Below the pieces are notes generated by a model. The model saw only the letters and a program-made list of their open reading frames with translations. It did no database searches and was not told the origin of the DNA. From Planctomycetota bacterium (lineage in GTDB: Bacteria; Planctomycetota; PLA2), in NCBI GenBank assembly GCA_039182715.1, contig JBCDBY010000002.1:1-47680 (forward strand): a DNA stretch of 47,680 nucleotides, read 5' to 3'. Position numbers and translations under genes: made by a program. Of the stretch, positions 9,199 through 17,786 are shown one piece after another (positions within the stretch are counted from its first letter, which is position 1; every line of letters begins with the position of its first letter).

Positions 9199-9670
9199 AA
9201 CGCGGCAGCGTCAGCTCGTACAGGTAGGTCTCGCCGAAGGCGCCGGGCAGCGAACCGGTGCGGCGGAACCCGACCTTTTCCAACACGCGGATGGAGGCCG
9301 CATTCGGGGCGTCCACGGCGGAGACGATGCGCGTCCATCTCTGGCGTCGGGCCACGTCGACCAGCCACCGTGCGGCCTGGGTCGCGAGGCCGCGGCCGGT
9401 CACCCTCTCGAGGAAGGCGTAGAGGAGCTGCGGCTCCGGACCGAGGTCTTCGAAGACGCGGTAGCCGATGAATCCGACCGGCTCGCCCCGCAGTTCCACG
9501 AGCCACAACCCCACTCCCTGCTCGTGGAGCTGCTCGCTGCGCTCGATCTCCGCCCGGCACCAGGCCACGTCCACGATCTCGCCGTCGAGAAGGTAACGTC
9601 GGATGTGCTCGTCGGTGGCGAGGCGGTGAAACGTTTTCTCGTCCCCGATCTCCATCAAGCGGTACTGCAT
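9191..9670 (-). CDS. GNAT (RimJ/RimL-like) acetyltransferase
   Basis: TGRGLATQAA, NAASIRVLEKVGF; start ATG 9670. Confidence 0.85.
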   Translation of the reverse strand: MQYRLMEIGDEKTFHRLATDEHIRRYLLDGEIVDVAWCRAEIERSEQLHEQGVGLWLVELRGEPVGFIGYRVFEDLGPEPQLLYAFLERVTGRGLATQAARWLVDVARRQRWTRIVSAVDAPNAASIRVLEKVGFRRTGSLPGAFGETYLYELTLPRFT

Positions 9671-9680
9671 TCGCACTAGT

Positions 9681-10451
9681 ATGGGGCGGGTGCAGATCTT
9701 CGGTGTGGACGCCTTCGCCTCGGGCCCGTTTCGTGGCAACCCTGCCGCCGTCTGCCTGCTCGACGCGCCGCGCGACGACGCGTGGCTGCAGCAGGTCGCC
9801 GCCGAGATGAACCTCTCCGAGACGGCGTTCCTGCTGCGGACCGCCGCGGGCTGGCGCCTGCGCTGGTTCAGGCCGGTCTGCGTGGTGGAGCTGTGCGGCC
9901 ACGCGCCGCACGCGTCGGCGCACACGCTCTTCGAGCAGGAGGCGGCGGACGGTTCGGTCGAGTTCCACACGCTGAGCGGGACACTGACCTGCGTGCAGGT
10001 GGGGGACCGCATCGAGATGGACTTTCCCGCGACGCCGGCGCACGAGGCGTGCGATCCGCCCGACGTCGGGTTCGATGTGCTCGAGGCGGCGCGCAACGAC
10101 TACGACATGCTGCTGGTGCTGCCGGGCGAGCGGGCGGTGCGCGACTGCAAGCCGGACTTCGCGCGGCTCGCGCAGATCGATGCGCGCGGGCTCATCGTCA
10201 CGGCGCGCGGTTCGGACTACGATTTCGTTTCGCGCTTTTTCGGACCGCGCGTCGGCGTCGACGAGGACCCGGTGACCGGCTCCGCGCACTGCACGCTGGC
10301 GCCCTACTGGGCGGCGCAGCTCGGCAAGACGAGCATGCGCGCCTATCAGGCCTCCGGGCGCGGCGGCGAGGTGTCCGTGAAGCTGCAGGAGAATCGCGTG
10401 GTCCTGGGCGGTACCGCGCACACCGTCTGGAGGGGGGAGCTGGCGATATGA
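9681..10451 (+). CDS. PhzF-family isomerase/epimerase (YddE-like)
   Basis: VDAF..FRGNPAAV, EMNLSETAF, LCGHA, EDPVTGSAHC. Confidence 0.92.
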   Translation: MGRVQIFGVDAFASGPFRGNPAAVCLLDAPRDDAWLQQVAAEMNLSETAFLLRTAAGWRLRWFRPVCVVELCGHAPHASAHTLFEQEAADGSVEFHTLSGTLTCVQVGDRIEMDFPATPAHEACDPPDVGFDVLEAARNDYDMLLVLPGERAVRDCKPDFARLAQIDARGLIVTARGSDYDFVSRFFGPRVGVDEDPVTGSAHCTLAPYWAAQLGKTSMRAYQASGRGGEVSVKLQENRVVLGGTAHTVWRGELAI

Positions 10452-10825
10452 GCAAGGTGGGAACGGTCGGCTGGTTCGACCTCACGGTGCCCGAAGCCGG
10501 GAAGGTGCGGGACTTCTACTGCGCGGTCGCGGGTTGGACGGCGCAGGAACACGACATGGGCGCGTACGCCGACTACGAGATGTTCACGCCCGACGGTGAG
10601 CGCGTCGCCGGCGTCTGCCATCGCCGCGGACCCAACAAGGACGTTCCGCCGCAGTGGTTGATCTACATCGCCGTCGCCGACGTGAACGCCAGCCTCGACG
10701 CGTGTATCGCGAACGGTGGCCAGGTCCTTTCGCCGGCGAAGGAGATGGGCAGCTACGGCCGCATCGCGATCGTGAAGGACCCGGCGGGCGCGGTGGCTGC
10801 CCTGTGGGAACAGGCGGGGGCGTAG
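10448..10825 (+). CDS. VOC (glyoxalase/bleomycin resistance) family protein
   Basis: ATGA overlap with PhzF; GWFDL, FY..V.GW, PPQWLIYIAVADV, DPAGA. Confidence 0.88.
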   Translation: MSKVGTVGWFDLTVPEAGKVRDFYCAVAGWTAQEHDMGAYADYEMFTPDGERVAGVCHRRGPNKDVPPQWLIYIAVADVNASLDACIANGGQVLSPAKEMGSYGRIAIVKDPAGAVAALWEQAGA

Positions 10826-10826
10826 G

Positions 10827-10899
10827 GCTGCATGCCGCGCGCCACACGCCGGCCCAGGATCAGCTGCCAGGATCAGCTGCCCGGCGTGCAACATGCAGC
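10827..10899. repeat. Intergenic inverted repeat enclosing a 13-bp tandem duplication
   Basis: GCTGCATG/CATGCAGC and CACGCCGG/CCGGCGTG arms around (CCAGGATCAGCTG)x2, between convergent genes. Confidence 0.6.
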
Positions 10900-10921
10900 G
10901 TGAAGCGCCCAGCGCCCAGCG

Positions 10922-11350
10922 CTACTCGTGCTCCCACGCCTCCAGTCGGCTCTCCGACGGAAACATGCTCCCCATGAAGATCACCATCGCGAGCGCGACG
11001 CCCGCGCCGACGACGGTCGTCTTGCCTTCCATCAGGTAGGCGACGCAGCCGAGCAGCGCGGGGAACTCCGCGGAGGCGAGCCGCATGATGACCACGATCC
11101 GGAAGGAGACGAGCGTGTTCTCCTCACGGAACCGGATCACCTTGGGAATCAGCGGGTAGAGCCCGAACGACATGAGAGCCGTCGCGAGAGCAACGTAGGA
11201 GATCAGCGAGCCCGTTTCGGACTGGCCCAGCGTGGTGTCCGGCTGGTTGATCAGGAACAGGCACGCTCCGAGAAAGATCGCGGGAACGGTCGTAATCGCG
11301 ATCGCGATGATGCGGACGGCCTGAAGGGTCTGGACGCGCTCGTCGGACAT
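10922..11350 (-). CDS. Hypothetical membrane protein (about 4 TM helices)
   Basis: MSDERVQ.. with four hydrophobic segments and LASAEFPALLG; GC-rich third codon positions. Confidence 0.7.
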   Translation of the reverse strand: MSDERVQTLQAVRIIAIAITTVPAIFLGACLFLINQPDTTLGQSETGSLISYVALATALMSFGLYPLIPKVIRFREENTLVSFRIVVIMRLASAEFPALLGCVAYLMEGKTTVVGAGVALAMVIFMGSMFPSESRLEAWEHE

Positions 11351-11414
11351 GGGGATACGGTAACCGGGTCTTCCGGGCGTGGTGGATTCGCCGTGGGCCG
11401 GGAGCCGGGGGGCG

Positions 11415-11783
11415 CTATCCGCAGTCGGGGCAAGTGCCGTAGAGGATGATCTCGTGTTCCTCGACCTGAAAGCCGCGCGGTGCGAGGTCATCAAGCGAGC
11501 CGGGGCAGCCGGGGAGGTCGTAGACGCGGTCGCAGCTTCGACAGTGGAAGTGGTGGTGGTGCTCCTTGTCGGCCAGCTCGTATCGGCTCGCCTCGCCCGG
11601 CAGTTCCACCTCGGTCAGCCAACCCTCTTCCAGCAGCGAACGGATCGCCCGGTAGACCGTCGCTTCACCGAGGCTCGGGACGGTCGCCTGCGCGGCCTCG
11701 AGGATCTCGGCCGGGCTGAGCGGGCGGCCGGCTTCGCGCAGGGCCGCCTGGATCGCGTCGCGCTGTCGCGTGCGTCGTTGCAT
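11415..11783 (-). CDS. Fur-family metalloregulator (possibly Zur-like)
   Basis: TRQRDAI, LGEATVYR, HHHHFHCRSC, YGTCPDC; coupled to the ZIP stop codon. Confidence 0.92.
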   Translation of the reverse strand: MQRRTRQRDAIQAALREAGRPLSPAEILEAAQATVPSLGEATVYRAIRSLLEEGWLTEVELPGEASRYELADKEHHHHFHCRSCDRVYDLPGCPGSLDDLAPRGFQVEEHEIILYGTCPDCG

Positions 11784-12619
11784 CACTTTCCTCCCGTCAT
11801 GCGCTCGACGAGCGGGCTCGTGCGCTGGCCCTCGTGAGGATGCATCGCATCGATCGCGAACGCGAACGCCAGACCCACCAGAAGGGCAACCGTGAGCTTG
11901 AGCCGATCGTGATCGTGGAACTGGATTTCCGGAAGCAGGTCGGCGAGCGCGATGCAAAGGAACAACCCCGCCGCGAAGCAGAGCGCCGCACCGACGGTTG
12001 CATCGCCGGCATCGCGCATCCCGAACGCGAAGAGCGTCGCGCCGATCGGGACGGTCACCGCGTAGAGCAGATTGACGAGCGCGCGGGTCCGGACGGACCA
12101 GCCGCCGGCCGCCATCACCGAGGAGATCGAAAGGCTGTCGAGCGGCTTGTGGGCCAGTACCGCGATGAAGGTCGCGATGCCGAAGAACATCGAGGAGTCG
12201 GCGAAGCGCGCGTCCGCGGTGACCGCCGCCGCCAGCGCGATGCCGTCGAGTAGCGAGTGGATCGTGAGGCCGGCGAGGACGCCGAACCCGCTCGCCCTGT
12301 GGCCGTGGCCGTGCGGCGCACCGTCGCAGTCGGTGCCCGCCTCCCCGTGCGAGTGCACGTGGAAGACGCGAATCAGCAGGAACATCCCGAGAATGCCGCC
12401 CGCCATCCAGTAGCCGCCGTCGTGGAAAGAGCGCAACTTGGCGGAGCCGTGCGGGAGCATGTGGAAGAGCGCCACGCCTAGCATGAGCCCCGAAACGAAG
12501 CTCATGATCACCTGCATGCGCGTGTGCGTCAGCTTCCAGCGCGACGGCAGCCATCCACCCGTGAGGGAGGCGCCCGCGATGATCAGGCAATAGAGTGCAA
12601 GCGTGCCGGCGGGCGTCAT
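11783..12619 (-). CDS. ZIP-family divalent metal transporter
   Basis: His-rich loop HVHSH..HGHGH, LTIHSLLDG, AHKPLDS, ALADLLPE. Confidence 0.92.
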   Translation of the reverse strand: MTPAGTLALYCLIIAGASLTGGWLPSRWKLTHTRMQVIMSFVSGLMLGVALFHMLPHGSAKLRSFHDGGYWMAGGILGMFLLIRVFHVHSHGEAGTDCDGAPHGHGHRASGFGVLAGLTIHSLLDGIALAAAVTADARFADSSMFFGIATFIAVLAHKPLDSLSISSVMAAGGWSVRTRALVNLLYAVTVPIGATLFAFGMRDAGDATVGAALCFAAGLFLCIALADLLPEIQFHDHDRLKLTVALLVGLAFAFAIDAMHPHEGQRTSPLVERMTGGK

Positions 12620-12624
12620 TCTTA

Positions 12625-12642
12625 CTGAGTTCCCGGTCTCAG
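12625..12642. promoter_or_regulatory. Candidate operator palindrome upstream of ZIP-fur
   Basis: CTGAG-N8-CTCAG, 5 nt upstream of the ZIP ATG. Confidence 0.4.
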
Positions 12643-12698
12643 GAGCCCCTCAATATACCGACCGGGCCAGGGGTTCGGAGGTGTCGCTGTGCTGAATT

Positions 12699-12777
12699 GC
12701 CACGGAGGCACGGAGCCCCCGCGCGAAGGCTCGTGGAGTCCGGACGCTGCCTCTCCGTGTTTCCGTGCCTCCGCGGC
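12699..12777. repeat. REP-like inverted repeat
   Basis: GCCACGGAGGCACGGAG (12699-12715) against TTCCGTGCCTCCGCGGC (12761-12777), plus an extra CTCCGTG unit at 12753. Confidence 0.65.
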
Positions 12778-12788
12778 CAACGACGACT

Positions 12789-13508
12789 CTAGTTCGCCGG
12801 AAACAACTCCGGCAGCACGATCGGGAACTGCCGCGCCCACGACGCCTCGTCGTGCGTCAGGTTGGCGAACTCGCGGTAGCGCCAGTGCGGGTGGTGCGCG
12901 CGGCGCAGCGCATCCCGAATCGCCCGCGCACCCTCCCTCATCAGCCCGCCGCCCTCCGTCTTGCCGACCAGCACGCGGAAGTTGATGTGTCGCATGTGCG
13001 GCAGCGCCTGCTCGAAGCGGCGCACGAAATCCTCGCCGCCGTACCAGACCGACGGCGAAAAGGCGGCGCAGCGTCCGAAGGCGTCCGGCTGATCGATGCA
13101 GATCTGGAGCGCCGCGAAGCCCCCCAGCGACGATCCGCCGATGCCGGTGTGTTCCGCATCCGTTTCGGTCCGATAGTGCCCGTCGACGTAGGGCTTCAGC
13201 TCTTCGACGATGAATCGCCCGTACGTGTCGTTCGGCCCGTACTCCTGCTGGCGCTGCGGCGTGTTCTCGATGCCGACGATGATCAGCGGCTCGACCTCGC
13301 CCTCGCCGATCAGCCTGTCGGCCGTCTTGCCGGCCTCCCACTCCACGCCGAACGCCGCCTTGGCCGGGTCGAAGAGGTTCTGGCCATCCTGCATGTAGAG
13401 CACCGGATAGCGCGCGTCGCCGTCGGCGTAGCCCGGCGGCAGGTAGACGTGCACCGTGCGCCGGTTGTCGAGGATCGCGGAGGGGAAGTCGGGGTGGGCC
13501 TCGATCAC
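12789..13508 (-). CDS. Alpha/beta-hydrolase esterase (Fes/IroE-like family); start uncertain
   Basis: VYLPPGY..RYPVLYMQDGQNLF, GGSSLGG nucleophile elbow, SPS, HDEASW. Confidence 0.88.
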   Translation of the reverse strand: MIEAHPDFPSAILDNRRTVHVYLPPGYADGDARYPVLYMQDGQNLFDPAKAAFGVEWEAGKTADRLIGEGEVEPLIIVGIENTPQRQQEYGPNDTYGRFIVEELKPYVDGHYRTETDAEHTGIGGSSLGGFAALQICIDQPDAFGRCAAFSPSVWYGGEDFVRRFEQALPHMRHINFRVLVGKTEGGGLMREGARAIRDALRRAHHPHWRYREFANLTHDEASWARQFPIVLPELFPAN

Positions 13509-13563
13509 GGAAGGCGAATGAGGATAATCGGTCCCGGGCTGCGTTCGAGTCCATGGAGGTACC

Positions 13564-15777
13564 ATGAAGCGAATCTTTGCACTCTGCCTGCTCATGCCGC
13601 TCGTCATCCACGCGCAGGAGGAGGAGGCGGACCCGCTCGGCTGGCCGCGGCTCATCGAGAAGGACGGCCTCGAGCTGGTCGCCTACCAGCCGCAGATCGA
13701 GGAGTGGAAGGACAACAAGCGCGTCGTCATGCAGATGGCGCTGGAGGTCACGCCCAAGGGCAAGGAGCAGTCCCATGTGGCGGCGGTCCGCCTGCGTGCC
13801 CGCACCAAGGTCGACTTCTCCTCCCGCACCGTCGAGATCTCCAAGGCGACCATCGCCTCGCTCGAGTTCCCCGACGCCGATCCGCAGCAGACCGCGAAGT
13901 TCCGCAAGTTCGTCCGCGGGCTGCTCGACAAGCGCACCTGGAACACCTCGCTCGACCGCATGCTGGCCAACGCCAAGCGCGCGGGGCAGACGCAGCGGGA
14001 GGTGCGCGTCAACACCGAGCCGCCGCCGATCTACTACAGCGAGAAGCACGCGATCCTCATCCAGTACCTGGGCGAGGTCGACTTCCAGCCCATCCCCGGC
14101 ACCAAGCTGCGCTTCGTGACCAACACCAACTGGGACATCGTGCGCCCCGACGGATCGACCGAGGCGTTCCTGCAGTACGACGAGGGCTGGCTCAAGACGA
14201 ACAACCCGATGGCGGGACCGTGGCAGCCGGCCGGCGAGCTGCCGCCCGACCTGCGGATGCTGCCCAACGACGACAGCTGGGCGGCGTTGCGCTCGCACGT
14301 GCCCGGCAAGCCGATCCAGGAGGTGCCGCAGGTGTTCGTCTCGCTGCGCCCGGCCGAGATGATCCTCGTCGACGGCGAGCGCATGATGGAGTCGATCGAG
14401 GGCACGCAGCTCTCCTACGTCGCCAACACCGACGCCGACCTCTTTCACCACAAGGGCACGGACCGGTGGTACTTCCTCGTCGCCGGCCGCTGGTTCGAAT
14501 CGCGCGAACTCAAGAATCGCGGCAGCTGGGCGTGGGCCGACAAGCTGCCGGAGGACTTCGCGAAGATCCCCGAGGACCACGAGATGGCCGACGTGCGGGC
14601 TTCGGTCCCCGACACGCCGGAATCGGATGAAGCGGTCCTGCAGGCGTCGATTCCCCGCATGGCGACGGTGCAGCGAGAGGGCACGACGATCGAGGTCGTC
14701 TACGATGGCGACCCGGCGTTCGAGGAGATCGAGGGCACCGGCGGCGTCTTCTTCGCCATCAACACGCCGAGCGACGTCTTCCGGTTCGACAACCAGTACT
14801 ACTGCTGCGCGAACGGCGTCTGGTTCATCGCCACGTCGCCCAACGGCCCGTGGGTCGTCTGCATCAAGGTGCCGGAGCAGGTCTACTCGATTCCCGGCGA
14901 CCACCCGAAGCACAACGTCACCTACGTGAACGTCTACGAGAGCAACGACGACGAGGTGGTCTACGGATACACCGGCGGCTACTACGGCTGCTACTACTGG
15001 CGCCGCCGCGTCTGGTTCGGCTACGGCCACTGGTGGGGCTTCCGCCGCGGTGTTCGTTTCGCGCGCTGGATGCACTACCGGTACCGCCCGGTGCACTACG
15101 CGTACGGGATGGGCGCCCGCTACAACGCCTACAAGGGCACCTTCCTGCGCAACGCGCGCGCCTACGGGCCGTACGGCGGCGTCGGGCGCGGCGCCGCGTG
15201 GAATCCGCGGACCAAGCAGTACGTGCGGGGCAAGGCCGCGTACGGCGCGCGCCAGGGTCGCATCGCGACGACCGCATACTCGCCCGCCGCGCGCAACTAC
15301 GTGCGGAACCGGAAGGCGACCAGCATCTACGGATCGTGGGGAAAGAAGGTCACCGCGCGCGACAACCAGTGGGCCGCCGCCGAGCGCACGCAGGCGCAGG
15401 CGCGCGCCGCGCAGCGCCGGCAGGCGCAGGCGGCCGCGCAGGCGCAGCAGCGCGCGCGGATGCAGCCCGCCGCGAAGCGGACCAACAACATGTACGTCGG
15501 TCGCGATGGCCGGGTCTATCGGCACGGCCAGAACGGCTGGCAGGTCAAGGGCAAGGGCGGCTGGCAGAAGTTCGACCACACCCGGAAGCAGGCGCGGTCC
15601 CAAAAAAAGGTCACCGGGCAGGACGTGCACCGCGACCTGAGGCGGCAGCAGTATTCCCGTTCCCGGGCACAAACGCGCTCGCGCCACTACAGCCGCGGTC
15701 GCGCCAGCTCGGGCCGCCGCAGTTCGGGCTACCGCCGCGGCGGAGGGGGGCGTCGAGGAGGTGGCGGTCGTCGCTGA
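13564..15777 (+). CDS. Large secreted hypothetical protein with Tyr/Gly-rich segment and Arg/Gly-rich disordered tail
   Basis: RBS GGAGG, signal peptide, GWPR..YQPQ, internally repeated FVTNTNWD/YVANTDAD/FAINTPSD units, C-terminal RRGGGGRRGGGGRR. Confidence 0.8.
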   Translation: MKRIFALCLLMPLVIHAQEEEADPLGWPRLIEKDGLELVAYQPQIEEWKDNKRVVMQMALEVTPKGKEQSHVAAVRLRARTKVDFSSRTVEISKATIASLEFPDADPQQTAKFRKFVRGLLDKRTWNTSLDRMLANAKRAGQTQREVRVNTEPPPIYYSEKHAILIQYLGEVDFQPIPGTKLRFVTNTNWDIVRPDGSTEAFLQYDEGWLKTNNPMAGPWQPAGELPPDLRMLPNDDSWAALRSHVPGKPIQEVPQVFVSLRPAEMILVDGERMMESIEGTQLSYVANTDADLFHHKGTDRWYFLVAGRWFESRELKNRGSWAWADKLPEDFAKIPEDHEMADVRASVPDTPESDEAVLQASIPRMATVQREGTTIEVVYDGDPAFEEIEGTGGVFFAINTPSDVFRFDNQYYCCANGVWFIATSPNGPWVVCIKVPEQVYSIPGDHPKHNVTYVNVYESNDDEVVYGYTGGYYGCYYWRRRVWFGYGHWWGFRRGVRFARWMHYRYRPVHYAYGMGARYNAYKGTFLRNARAYGPYGGVGRGAAWNPRTKQYVRGKAAYGARQGRIATTAYSPAARNYVRNRKATSIYGSWGKKVTARDNQWAAAERTQAQARAAQRRQAQAAAQAQQRARMQPAAKRTNNMYVGRDGRVYRHGQNGWQVKGKGGWQKFDHTRKQARSQKKVTGQDVHRDLRRQQYSRSRAQTRSRHYSRGRASSGRRSSGYRRGGGGRRGGGGRR

Positions 15778-15843
15778 CTGCGCCTAAACTCTCGCCCTTC
15801 GAGACTTCATTCAGGGGCGCGACGTTCCTGATTCCAGGAACCG

Positions 15844-16398
15844 ATGCGTCTTCTGCTTCTCTCGCTTCTCGCGCTCGCGGCGTGCAACGGTGGTGTGCAC
15901 CGCGAAGGCGACCGCATGTTCGTCGCGCGCGGCCTGTTCACCGCGCATCCGATCAAGGGCAATGCCATCGCCTGGAACGGCGAGCGCGACAACGAGTACT
16001 TCGGCGCCGGCGTCGGCAACTACTGGTTCGTCCGCGATCGCGTCGCGCTCGGCGTGCTCGCGTCGGTGTTCAACGTCCAGTACGGCGGCGACAACATCCT
16101 CGTCGGCCAGGTCGAGCTCGCGCACCGCTGGTACCTGTTCGAGCACGAGAAGTTCGCCTACTTCTGGGACTCGCACGCGGGGTTCCTCTATGGCGAGGAC
16201 AACTTCCCCGAGGGCGCGACGCGTCACGAGGCGACGTTCGCCTTCGGTCCCGGCATGGAGATTCCGCTCAGCGAGCGCAACCGGCTGTTGGCGGGCATCC
16301 AGTTCCACCACGCGTCCAATGCGCGGGGCCGTGCGGCCGACGACAACCCGAGTCAGAACGATCTGCGGATCTGGCTGGCTTGGGGCTTCAAGTGGTAG
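15844..16398 (+). CDS. PagL-like (lipid A 3-O-deacylase/acyloxyacyl hydrolase) beta-barrel
   Basis: FHHASNA (HxSN), amphipathic strands, C-terminal WGFKW, N-terminal LAAC. Confidence 0.7.
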   Translation: MRLLLLSLLALAACNGGVHREGDRMFVARGLFTAHPIKGNAIAWNGERDNEYFGAGVGNYWFVRDRVALGVLASVFNVQYGGDNILVGQVELAHRWYLFEHEKFAYFWDSHAGFLYGEDNFPEGATRHEATFAFGPGMEIPLSERNRLLAGIQFHHASNARGRAADDNPSQNDLRIWLAWGFKW

Positions 16399-17641
16399 GC
16401 GCGCGCAGGCTGGCGAGGCCCGCCGCGACGACGGCCGCGAAGAGGGACCACGCGCCCGCCTGAACCCACGCCTCCACGTGCTGCGACATGCCCCACGCCA
16501 GCGCGGGGACTCCGGCAGTCCAGAGCACGAAGCAGGTGATCTGCAGCGCCCGCACCGGCCCCGTGGACGGCGACGCCGGCATCTCCTCGTGGTCGCCGTC
16601 GGCCCCGTCGCGCAACCAGCCGTACATCGGCAACAGGCGCATCGACACCCCGAGAATCGCCTGCCCGAGGAAGCCGAGCAGCACGATCACGCCGTAGGCC
16701 AGCATGCGGTCGGTGAGCAGGGTCTCGGTAAACACGAGCGAGAGGCCGATGCCGATCGCCACCGCCAGGTAGAGCAGCGCCTGCATGGCGTGCAGCATGC
16801 CGATGTCGGGGCGTCGCCGCGCGGGCGGCGCCGGCAGCCGGTTGCGCAGCATGCCGATGACGACTCCGAGGAAGTAGAGCAGGCCGAAGGCGATCGGAAT
16901 CGACGCCCAACGCGCCAGGGAGGGCGCGAAGAGCCACGCGAGCACGGCGCCGATCACGCCGACCTGGATCGGGATGAGGATCCGGAAGGCGTGCCGTTCG
17001 TCCGGTGGCCGCGCGGGCAGGGCGATCGGCAGCATGCGCAGACCGACGCCGATCAGCATGAGCGACGCGAACCCGACCAGCCCGAGGTGCGCGTGGCCGA
17101 AGACGCTCTGGTAGTGCGTCCCCGGCAGAATCGGATAGGTCTTGTTGATCGCCAGCAGCAGCCCGAGGAACGCGGTCCCGGTCAGGTTGCTCCACGCGAT
17201 GGTGATGATCGCCTTGGTGCCGCGCTCGATGGGTGACTCCTTGAGCGCGCGTCGGACACGCCGCAGCAGCCACTCGAAGCAGAGCAGCAGCATGACGCCG
17301 GCGTAGGCGATGCCGGAGTACTCCTCGATCCAGAAGTGCGCCGCCACGCCGCTTGCGCCGATCGCGACAAAGGCGCAGACCCACGCGTCGCCGCGTCCGG
17401 CCGGGAATTCCATGCGCAGCGCGAGCGGGGCCGCGAGGTAGAACGCCCCGATGATCGAGTGCACGATCCAGCCGAGCGTGACCAGATGCACCGCGAAAAC
17501 CGTGTACGGCGTCAGGAAAAAGCCGCTCGCCTTCCCGGGCTCCAGCGCCACCGCCGCGAGCGCGAGCAGCAGCGCCGCGTAGGCCAGTCCGAAGTAGACC
17601 AGCGGCAGGCGGCGGGGAGGCGGACGTCGGCCGGCGGGCAC
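16388..17641 (-). CDS. Polytopic membrane protein with intramembrane His motifs (NnrS/HCO-subunit-I-like appearance)
   Basis: About 12 TM helices; AVHLVTLGW, GHAHLGLVGF, LGVSMRLLP. Confidence 0.65.
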   Translation of the reverse strand: MPAGRRPPPRRLPLVYFGLAYAALLLALAAVALEPGKASGFFLTPYTVFAVHLVTLGWIVHSIIGAFYLAAPLALRMEFPAGRGDAWVCAFVAIGASGVAAHFWIEEYSGIAYAGVMLLLCFEWLLRRVRRALKESPIERGTKAIITIAWSNLTGTAFLGLLLAINKTYPILPGTHYQSVFGHAHLGLVGFASLMLIGVGLRMLPIALPARPPDERHAFRILIPIQVGVIGAVLAWLFAPSLARWASIPIAFGLLYFLGVVIGMLRNRLPAPPARRRPDIGMLHAMQALLYLAVAIGIGLSLVFTETLLTDRMLAYGVIVLLGFLGQAILGVSMRLLPMYGWLRDGADGDHEEMPASPSTGPVRALQITCFVLWTAGVPALAWGMSQHVEAWVQAGAWSLFAAVVAAGLASLRAPTT

Positions 17642-17786
17642 GGCTCGTCATTCTCGGCGCAGGAGGTCCCCAATCCCAGGGATCCGGTGTTGCGAAATCT
17701 CACCATCCGACCGCCTCAGAACCGGCCGGTGGGAAGGGTTCCGGCGCGGATCTCCCTCGCGAACTCCTACACTGCCGGGACTTTCC

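Noticed and set aside
9681-10451. Phenazine biosynthesis cluster
   Set aside because: A lone PhzF-family gene with no phzA/B/D/E/G nearby.
12622-15687. 1021-aa minus-strand ORF and similar long shadows (19524-22010, 25080-27443, 36091-38487)
   Set aside because: They lie opposite well-supported genes, have no motifs, and show the composition typical of antisense frames.
17689-17704. Possible FNR/CRP box (TTGCGAAATCTCAC) between the membrane protein and Usp
   Set aside because: Only about 3 of 5 matches per half-site, too weak to call.
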